A stretch of DNA of 25,656 nucleotides from a virus. Its lineage: Duplodnaviria > Caudoviricetes. Location: positions 1 through 25,656 of the IMG/VR virus record IMGVR_UViG_3300033067_000753; one strand, 5' to 3'. The position numbers and the translations under genes are program-made. Under the pieces are notes generated by a model, which was not told the origin of the DNA, did no database searches, and saw nothing but the letters and a program-made list of their open reading frames with translations. Positions 1 to 6,201 of this stretch are shown piece by piece; position 1 is the first letter of the stretch; each line of letters starts with the position of its first letter.

Positions 1-246
1 GCAAATGTTGGCACGTTGCCCGACTACAGCGCGTCCCTCGATGCCGCCGCGATGCTTGAGGCGCGGTTGGCCGAGCGTAGCCCACTCCTAGAACACGTCT
101 ACGCCAAATACCTAGTGGATGTTGTTGATGTGCGGCTAATTGACTATGACGGCGTAACCGACTGGTATTCTATGAGCAGCATGATCCGGGCCAGCGCCAA
201 AGACCGCACCATCGCGGCGATACTGGCCGCGCAGGAGGCGAAGTGA
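1..246 (+). CDS. Hypothetical phage protein, probably 5'-truncated by the window (phage ABA-sandwich-like)
   Basis: Frame 1 is open from base 1 (ANVGTLPDYSASLDAAAMLE...). The P-x-Y-S-x-x-L-x-A-A start and C-terminal A-x-A-x-x-R-x-x-A-x-I pattern resemble small phage ABA-sandwich proteins. Its stop overlaps the next start (GTGATG). Confidence 0.55.
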   Translation, partial: ANVGTLPDYSASLDAAAMLEARLAERSPLLEHVYAKYLVDVVDVRLIDYDGVTDWYSMSSMIRASAKDRTIAAILAAQEAK

Positions 247-512
247 TGAGCCGCAAGGACATTTCGGACGTGCTTGTTCTACGTGCGTATGTCGCAGGCG
301 AAGAACACTACAAGAACAACCACATCGTCAAATGGCCGCAAAACATTCTCGTTGAGTGGACAGGCCAGCCAGAGAAGGTTTGCATTGCTGCGATGTGGCG
401 AGCGTTTGACCGTGAGTTGATCGAATACGGGATATCTCTACGATCTGGCTGGCTGACTCCAAAGGGAGTTAAGCTACTTGCAGACAACGGCGAACAAACG
501 CCGACGCGCTAG
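243..512 (+). CDS. Small hypothetical phage protein, possible winged-helix fold
   Basis: 89-aa ORF translationally coupled to the upstream ORF, with GGAGG at 234-238. The C-terminal 'ELIEYG...GWLTPKG' resembles a wHTH wing. Confidence 0.6.
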   Translation: MMSRKDISDVLVLRAYVAGEEHYKNNHIVKWPQNILVEWTGQPEKVCIAAMWRAFDRELIEYGISLRSGWLTPKGVKLLADNGEQTPTR

Positions 513-522
513 AATCCCCTCA

Positions 523-573
523 GCCGCCCCGCCCTGCTCGACTTAATCGCAGCGGCGGGCGCGGCGTGGTTTT
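523..573 (+). terminator. GC-rich hairpin, probable terminator of the upstream ORFs
   Basis: GCCGC/GCGGC (523-527/561-565), CCCGCC/GGCGGG (528-533/554-559) and CTGC/GCAG (534-537/549-552), followed by GTGGTTTT. It begins just after the stop at 512; the U-tract is weak. Confidence 0.5.
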
Positions 574-595
574 GCGCAAAACATGCCCTAAATGC

Positions 596-625
596 TTGAC
601 AATAGGCAATAAATAGCGCTAATAT
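596..625 (+). promoter_or_regulatory. Sigma70-type promoter for the Y-RNA/Ro60 cassette
   Basis: Perfect TTGACA at 596-601, an 18-bp AT-rich spacer and TAATAT at 620-625. The predicted start (~631) coincides with the 5' end of the first RNA stem. Confidence 0.7.
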
Positions 626-629
626 ATGT

Positions 630-698
630 GTGTCAGTGGTGTAGATAACAGATACTTCTTGGCTTTAGAAAAGACTGTTATCGCCTGTTCCCTGATGC
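630..698 (+). ncRNA. Short Y-RNA-like RNA (unit 1, no tRNA module)
   Basis: The ends pair (GTGTCAG 630-636/CTGATGC 692-698; GG/CC; GATAACAG 644-651/CTGTTATC 675-682). Both arms are identical to those of unit 2, and it lies upstream of a TROVE gene. Confidence 0.7.
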
Positions 699-709
699 CT
701 TATCGACAA

Positions 710-857
710 TCGAATAGTGAACGGTGGTGTAGATAACAATTTCATCTCCTATCAAGAGTGAAACGCGGGTTCGAATCCCGCTGACCGAAAGGTCATCGTC
801 TAGTGGCCTAGGACGCATAAAAATCTTGTTATCGCCTGTTCCCCTTTCACTCTTTGA
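710..857 (+). ncRNA. yrlA: YrlA-like Y RNA with a circularly permuted tRNA-like domain (unit 2)
   Basis: Long closing stem (TCGAA/TTTGA, AGTGAA/TTCACT, GG-T-GG/CCCC, GATAACAA/TTGTTATC). It encloses a T arm (GCGGG-TTCGAAT-CCCGC, 765-781), an acceptor-like stem closed by GAAA (TGACC-GAAA-GGTCA, 782-795) and a D arm (GTC-TAGTGGCCTAG-GAC, 798-814). T-before-D order next to a Ro60 gene is the YrlA hallmark. Confidence 0.85.
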
Positions 858-860
858 ATG

Positions 861-892
861 AAACGAGTAGCCATCAGGTTACTCGTTTTTTT
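861..892 (+). terminator. Intrinsic terminator between the Y RNAs and the Ro60 gene
   Basis: AAACGAGTAGCC-ATCA-GGTTACTCGTTT 12-bp stem (one G-U pair) running into a T7 tract (886-892). Confidence 0.85.
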
Positions 893-904
893 ATTGGAGT
901 TGAT

Positions 905-2335
905 ATGGCAAAACTGAACCCGACCGCAGAAGATCGACGCATTGACAAGACGACCCGTTTAGCTGGTGGATTGGGCGCACACGCAGCCGCACAAAGCGCA
1001 GAGGGCTTGCTACGCCGTGCTGTGATGGCTTCCCTGCTATGGGAGGATTTGGCCTACGAATCTGGCGCATCCAGCGCCCAACAGATTGCCGCACTAATTC
1101 CGCAGGTTGCGCCTCATGCCGTTGCCGCAATTGCGCGTGAGGCGCGGATTAACCAGAAACTACGACACACCCCGCTATTCATCGCCCGCGAAATGTTGCG
1201 CCATCCTCAGCACCGTGTCTTAGTGGGCGGCGTGTTGGCCGACATCTGCACGCGGCCCGATATGCTCACCGACTTTCTAGCACTGTATTGGAAGGGCAGC
1301 AAAGATGCGCCAATTGCCAAACAGGTTAAGGTTGGGCTATCGCAGGCCCTTACCCATTTCAATGAGTATCAATTAGCGAAGTGGAATCGACAAGACCGCG
1401 CCGTAAAGTTGCGCGATGTGCTGTTTTTGACCCACGCCAAACCGCAGAACGCTGAACAAGAGGCGATGTGGAAGCGGCTGGCCGAGAACCAATTAGCTAC
1501 ACCCGATACATGGGAAGTTGCACTATCAAGCGGGGCAGACAAAAAGACATCGTGGGAGCGCCTTATCACTGAGGGCAAGTTGCCCGCGCTGGCCTTCCTG
1601 CGCAATTTGCGCGGTATGACACAAGCGGGTGTAGATCGGCGCGTGATTTATAACGGGCTTGCAAAACTGAAATCCTCGTGGTTGTTGCCGCTGAACTTCT
1701 TTAGTGCAGCGCGAGAAGCGCCCGAATACACCAGTGAGATTGAGCAAGCAATGCTGGCGTGCTACTCGCAGCAACAGAAGCTCCCCGGCTGGACGGTGTT
1801 TTTAGTGGATGTGTCTGGATCAATGGGCAAAGAGATCGGTGGTAAATCTACGTTTAAGCGCCTAGATGCCGCGTGTGCAATGGCCGTTCTTGCGCAGGAA
1901 CGCGCTGAACATTGCACCATTTACGCGACAGGTGGAAGCGATGCCGCACGCGGTCACGCTACTGCAAAGGTGAGCGGTTATCGCGGCTTTGGTCTAGCGA
2001 ATGAAATCAACCAATACAAACACGGTGAGCCTAAATCGTTGGGCGGTGGCGGCATCTTTACGCGCCAGTGCTTAGAGTGGATTAAGACAGACCTGAAAGG
2101 GCAAACGCCTGACCGCATTGTGGTGTTCAGCGATTCGCAAGACTGTGATATTGTGAACCGCGTCCCCGCCCCATTCGGCACGCACAACTACATTGTTGAT
2201 GTAAGCGCACACGCGCACGGCATCAATTACGCTGGCGTGTGGGACGCTGAGGTGTCAGGCTGGTCGGAGAAATTTATCGATTTCATTTGCGCGATGGAGG
2301 GTGTAGCCACGCAAGGGGAGGAGGATAGCGAATAG
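905..2335 (+). CDS. rsr: TROVE-domain RNA-binding protein (Ro60/Rsr) with C-terminal vWA domain
   Basis: TROVE-like motifs (LLWEDLAYE, FNEYQLAKW, LRDVLFLTHAKP, PDTWEVALS, LAFLRNLR) and a vWA MIDAS motif (VDVSGSM, VVFSDSQ). The start was moved from 854 to the ATG at 905 (476 aa) because GGAG lies at 896-899 and 854-904 is occupied by the terminator. Confidence 0.93.
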   Translation: MAKLNPTAEDRRIDKTTRLAGGLGAHAAAQSAEGLLRRAVMASLLWEDLAYESGASSAQQIAALIPQVAPHAVAAIAREARINQKLRHTPLFIAREMLRHPQHRVLVGGVLADICTRPDMLTDFLALYWKGSKDAPIAKQVKVGLSQALTHFNEYQLAKWNRQDRAVKLRDVLFLTHAKPQNAEQEAMWKRLAENQLATPDTWEVALSSGADKKTSWERLITEGKLPALAFLRNLRGMTQAGVDRRVIYNGLAKLKSSWLLPLNFFSAAREAPEYTSEIEQAMLACYSQQQKLPGWTVFLVDVSGSMGKEIGGKSTFKRLDAACAMAVLAQERAEHCTIYATGGSDAARGHATAKVSGYRGFGLANEINQYKHGEPKSLGGGGIFTRQCLEWIKTDLKGQTPDRIVVFSDSQDCDIVNRVPAPFGTHNYIVDVSAHAHGINYAGVWDAEVSGWSEKFIDFICAMEGVATQGEEDSE

Positions 2336-2339
2336 GACA

Positions 2340-2368
2340 TTGACAACCACCCGCGAAAGTCTTACGCT
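2340..2368 (+). promoter_or_regulatory. Sigma70-type promoter immediately after the Ro60 gene
   Basis: TTGACA (2340-2345), 17-bp spacer, TACGCT (2363-2368). Confidence 0.6.
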
Positions 2369-2374
2369 ATGCAC

Positions 2375-2440
2375 AGATGCTTACCCCGTTTTTGCTTTCG
2401 GGGAAGTCATGAACCGCCCGCCTGATCAGCGGGCTTTTTT
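2375..2440 (+). ncRNA. Putative ~65-nt small RNA (bulged hairpin plus terminator)
   Basis: Bounded by a promoter and a terminator. Hairpin ATG-CTT-A-CCCCG / TTTTTGCTTT loop / CGGGG-AAG-T-CAT at 2377-2410. Confidence 0.5.
2416..2440 (+). terminator. Intrinsic terminator at the convergence point of the two transcription units
   Basis: GCCCGC-CTGATCA-GCGGGC followed by TTTTTT. Confidence 0.85.
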
Positions 2441-2445
2441 ATTGC

Positions 2446-3639
2446 CTAGAAACTTGCAGGCGCAGGTGTGCCGTAGGTTGGCGATCCGCCGCCCCCCACG
2501 CTCCCGCTGCCGTTGTTGGTGACGATATACAGCCCCGCGAATACGTTGCGCATATCCTGATAGAACGCATTGCCACCCGCGAGCGATGCCGGGTCATAGT
2601 CCAGTGTATAGCCTGCACTCAGCCCTAGCCACTCGGCTGTGGTGCTGCCCGCTGGCCCTTCCTCTACCGCAATCGCAACCGCGTTAAACGTAATGTCATC
2701 CACGCAATACATGCCAAACCGCTTGATTGTCTCGGCCAAGATGCTGCCGAGTTGCGTTGTAACGTTGCCACCGCCGACCGCCGTGTTGAATGATGATTGC
2801 AGCGTGAGCAACGCGCCGGGGACTAGGTTTGGGTTCGTCCCGCCGTACGTGCTTGGCGATGCGTAACCGTCGCGGGTTGTTGCGGGCCATACCCACCCCG
2901 TAGCGTGGGCGTAGTAGTAAAACCGATGTGCATCAATGACGCATTTCAGCGCGTGGGAGAGATAAGACAACCCGTAAGTGATGGCGTTGCTAACTTCCCC
3001 GTAGCGGATCGTGCCACCGAGCGCCGACAGGTTAGAGCCACCATGCGCCCCGCTTTCGCCGCTGCCTGTAATCGATACCCGCGAGAATTTCACCAGCGCC
3101 GTGAAGTCCGTTGCGGCGTGGCATAGTGGTTGCACTTGGTCAATGTTGGCACTGTCCGCCGTGACAAACGCCGCGCAATCGTTGTTCCCATCATTAGGGA
3201 CGGTGTAACTAGAATCGGCCTGCACGGTGAAATCGGCAAAATAGGGCGAGCCGGTGAACGTTGCGCCGGTTGATGCGTTGATGCGCGTTGTCTCACTGCA
3301 TAGCGGCGTGCCGCCCCAGCCATAGCAGTTAAATTTGATTGTTTGCGTGGCCGCACTTGGGGACATATAAATGCGCTCTTTCTCCGACCGCAGCCGCGTA
3401 GCAAACCCGCCGCTATTTGTGCCGGATTCAATGAACGAAATCCCCGCCGCGCTCAGTGTGGCAGATGTGCCGATGGGTGTATTCCACGCCGACCCCGCTG
3501 AGAACGGCCACTTGAGCGCGTTGCGCTGCCCACCCGCAACACCAAACCGAAAATCCGCCGTGCAGGTAGACACGCCCAGCCGCGTTGTCCCTGTGCCGAT
3601 TGTTCGTCGCCCTGTTGATACACCCGCTACACACGGCAT
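2446..3639 (-). CDS. Uncharacterised Gly/Thr-rich protein (WPFS..S.WNTPIG type), last gene of the late operon
   Basis: 397-aa ORF starting 5 bp after the SGNH gene stop. WPFSxxSxWNTPIG, WVWPA and FGMYCVD motifs resemble uncharacterised bacterial surface/secreted proteins. Confidence 0.75.
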   Translation of the reverse strand: MPCVAGVSTGRRTIGTGTTRLGVSTCTADFRFGVAGGQRNALKWPFSAGSAWNTPIGTSATLSAAGISFIESGTNSGGFATRLRSEKERIYMSPSAATQTIKFNCYGWGGTPLCSETTRINASTGATFTGSPYFADFTVQADSSYTVPNDGNNDCAAFVTADSANIDQVQPLCHAATDFTALVKFSRVSITGSGESGAHGGSNLSALGGTIRYGEVSNAITYGLSYLSHALKCVIDAHRFYYYAHATGWVWPATTRDGYASPSTYGGTNPNLVPGALLTLQSSFNTAVGGGNVTTQLGSILAETIKRFGMYCVDDITFNAVAIAVEEGPAGSTTAEWLGLSAGYTLDYDPASLAGGNAFYQDMRNVFAGLYIVTNNGSGSVGGGGSPTYGTPAPASF

Positions 3640-3644
3640 TGCTA

Positions 3645-4364
3645 TTACTCCAATGCGACTACGATTCGCCGCGCTATTTCATACATCCCCAAGTCGTTGG
3701 GATGCCGACCCACCCCGCCATTGACACCGCTGCTAAACGACTCGGCCCGATTCCCCGGCGTGGTGAATATGTCACCGATGCCGACATACTGCCCGCCGTG
3801 CGCGGCGCATACGCTTTGAATATCGGCGTTGAACTTTTGCGCGAAGTCGTACCACGCGCCCACACAAACAAGCGCCTGCCGCCATTGCATCGCCGCGATC
3901 ACGCTGTCGTATTCCGCCCTAAACCGTGCAGGCGAATCCGCGCCGATGATGTTGTCGGAGAACTGCACCACCAGCACATCAGGCGAGAAGTCGCCGACAA
4001 TTTGCGCATACGTTCTATCCCATGCCGCGCCCGTATCAATTGCCTTCTCAATAGCCCACGCTTGCACGACCAACAGCGCCACCGTGCGGTGATTGCGTTC
4101 TGCCAGTGCCTCACAAACCGTGTGCGCGTAGTCGCTCTCTAGGCTGGTTGCCGCCATGCCGTTGGATTGCTGCCAGTCGTAGGTCGGTTGTGGTGGACTC
4201 CATGTAAGCGAGTTGCCCAGCGTCACGATGCGCAGCGGCTTTGTGCCGAACTTCGCCCCGCAAATGGTCGGCTGCTGGACTAGAACGCCGCGATAGGTGT
4301 TAGGCGATGCGCCGACCTGTGCGGCAATGAACAACGGGATAAACAATAACCACCTCACCATCAT
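3645..4364 (-). CDS. SGNH/GDSL hydrolase (esterase) with N-terminal signal peptide
   Basis: Block I IVTLGNSLT, block III-like LVVQFSDN and block V RHPNDLG. The ATG at 4364 overlaps the upstream TGA (ATGA) and gives the signal-like N-terminus MMVRWLLFIPLFIAAQVGA. Confidence 0.8.
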   Translation of the reverse strand: MMVRWLLFIPLFIAAQVGASPNTYRGVLVQQPTICGAKFGTKPLRIVTLGNSLTWSPPQPTYDWQQSNGMAATSLESDYAHTVCEALAERNHRTVALLVVQAWAIEKAIDTGAAWDRTYAQIVGDFSPDVLVVQFSDNIIGADSPARFRAEYDSVIAAMQWRQALVCVGAWYDFAQKFNADIQSVCAAHGGQYVGIGDIFTTPGNRAESFSSGVNGGVGRHPNDLGMYEIARRIVVALE

Positions 4365-5044
4365 GCACCGAGCCAAGCGATTGCCAAACAAGGCGAGTAT
4401 TCATTGACCACCACCGTATTCAGGTTGCCGCCGCTGTTCTGAAAGCCGGTAATTTCAAGATAGTCGCCTACGGCCAAGCGCCGAACCGTAGTTGCGCTCA
4501 CCGTGCGGTCATTGGATGCGCCTGCAATCAATTCTGCCGTGATGGTGGTTGTGCCGTTCAAGCGCACGCCAATTTCGATGAGCGTCGATGTGCTGGACGC
4601 TAGGCGTAGATTGCCTGAAATGGAATACACACCCGCCAACCCTGACGGGACGGTGAGTTTGGTATTAGCAACACCGAGGTTAGAAAATCCGCTGGTGTCC
4701 TCAACCACCGTATTGAACTGAATTGCGGTCGTGGTCGATGTGGTCAACGTTTGCGCGGCAGTATGTCGCACGCGGGCGTAAGGCGTGGTCACGCTGGTCA
4801 GCGCCGTGTTTTGGATTTGTCCTGTTGAGTTGTTCCACGTCAACACATAGGACGGGCTTGAGTTGGTTGTGATGTTGGGCGCGTAGAGGGCCGCTTGGCT
4901 GAGGGTGCTTACGATCTTCCCCGGCTCCTGTCGCTCAACCGTCTGCAATCGTCGCTCTAGGTCTGCGATGCGCTCTAGTAGCTTGCGGTTAAGCTCATAA
5001 TCAGGATCATTAAGCCATGCTGCGCTAGGTCGTTGTTGTGTCAT
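4361..5044 (-). CDS. Minor tail/fibre protein with N-terminal coiled coil and C1q/TNF-like beta C-terminus
   Basis: LLERIADLERRLQTVER coiled coil; FNTVVED...LTVPSGLAGVYSISG...RLAVGDYLEI pattern; position after the tail hub gene. Confidence 0.7.
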   Translation of the reverse strand: MTQQRPSAAWLNDPDYELNRKLLERIADLERRLQTVERQEPGKIVSTLSQAALYAPNITTNSSPSYVLTWNNSTGQIQNTALTSVTTPYARVRHTAAQTLTTSTTTAIQFNTVVEDTSGFSNLGVANTKLTVPSGLAGVYSISGNLRLASSTSTLIEIGVRLNGTTTITAELIAGASNDRTVSATTVRRLAVGDYLEITGFQNSGGNLNTVVVNEYSPCLAIAWLGA

Positions 5045-6198
5045 ACCGCTAACAACTCCAATGAAATATCTTCCGCTGTGTCTGCCGATGCGGTCACGGT
5101 CACAGCCTGAATGCGATGCGTAGTCGATACGCCGTAGTCATACGAAACCACCTTGTCACCCAAGAAATAGTGCAACCCGTAGGCGGTGGTTGGTGTTTGC
5201 ACTGGCCTAAACGTCATCAGCGTTTTGCTGCGCATCTGGTCAAGCGCCACATCGCCTTTCGCGTTTAGCCCTGTCGTGTTGCCTAGCGACAACTCACGCG
5301 CATCCACATAACCCTCTATGTCATTGGTCGCCGCCGCGTAGTTTGTGCCGGTGCGCGACACCCAATCGCGTAGAGACGCATCGCCCGCGCCCCATACGTT
5401 CGCTTGTGTGTATTCAGTTGAGCGCGTGACCTGATAGCGGCTCTCGGCCATGTTGCCACGGTCAGGATTAAATTGCACCTGTGCGCTGCCGGTGGATCGG
5501 TCTGTGCCAAGTTGCCCTAGATACCAGCGGAATTGATACGTGGCCGCGCTCGTTCGCACCAGCCCGAAGTCGCCACCGGCCACACGCGCAACTTTTTTGC
5601 ACGCCTCTAGCACGGACATACCAAACACGCCTACGCTGATTGTGTTACCGCTTGCGCTATCTGCCTGAACCGTAATCGTCGAATAGTTCACCGTCCCTGC
5701 ATTCGTCGCGTTACGCTTGCGCCCGTCGCCAGTTGTGCCGCTTGAGGTCATGTTGTAGGTGACGATGTTTTTGAGAACCGTTTCGCCTTTCGCGCTTGAG
5801 AAATCGTTGCGGTTGTTTGTGCCTGCGGCATAGTCCACGATGCGCCATTGCAACAGGTGTTCATTGCTGTAGCAGATGGCATCAAACGTTGCCACGTCGC
5901 GCCGTTCGAATATCGCATCACGATACACGCCGCTCCAATCCAGTGTCCAGTCAATCCCCAAATCAATATTGCGGCGGTAGACCTCAACGATAGATTTGTC
6001 GCTCAACAGGTTGACAACCGTATGGTCAGCAGGCACGCGGAAGCGGCACACGCCCACATCGTTTACACGTTTGGTGTATGTGAGTTGTTGAAAGCCGCTC
6101 AGTGCCGCAGACGACAAGCTACCCAGCCCGCCGGTCAGTTGCCCTTGCAGCACTCCGGCGGGTGAGTAAATGTCGATGCGGAAGTCGCCTACGCTCAT
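5041..6198 (-). CDS. Siphovirus Gp37-like minor tail (hub/Tal-like) protein
   Basis: 385 aa with NDVGxCRF, YLGQLGTDRS, EGYVDARE and YGLHYFLGDKV motifs typical of ReqiPepy6 Gp37-like proteins; tail module position. Confidence 0.8.
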   Translation of the reverse strand: MSVGDFRIDIYSPAGVLQGQLTGGLGSLSSAALSGFQQLTYTKRVNDVGVCRFRVPADHTVVNLLSDKSIVEVYRRNIDLGIDWTLDWSGVYRDAIFERRDVATFDAICYSNEHLLQWRIVDYAAGTNNRNDFSSAKGETVLKNIVTYNMTSSGTTGDGRKRNATNAGTVNYSTITVQADSASGNTISVGVFGMSVLEACKKVARVAGGDFGLVRTSAATYQFRWYLGQLGTDRSTGSAQVQFNPDRGNMAESRYQVTRSTEYTQANVWGAGDASLRDWVSRTGTNYAAATNDIEGYVDARELSLGNTTGLNAKGDVALDQMRSKTLMTFRPVQTPTTAYGLHYFLGDKVVSYDYGVSTTHRIQAVTVTASADTAEDISLELLAV

Positions 6199-6201
6199 AG
6201 A

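Noticed and set aside
740-818. Canonical tRNA gene (GGTTCGAATCC)
   Set aside because: The T arm precedes the D arm, the acceptor stem is closed by a GAAA loop and there is no CCA end; this is a YrlA-type mimic.
636-843. Mini CRISPR array
   Set aside because: Two different alternating repeats that pair with each other, unequal inserts and no cas genes; better explained as duplicated RNA stems.
854-904. N-terminal 17 codons of the TROVE ORF as given in the track
   Set aside because: They overlap the RNA 3' end and the terminator; an RBS supports the ATG at 905.
2340-2522. 60-aa + strand ORF after the TROVE gene
   Set aside because: Its TTG start is the -35 box, it runs through a terminator and it overlaps the convergent gene.
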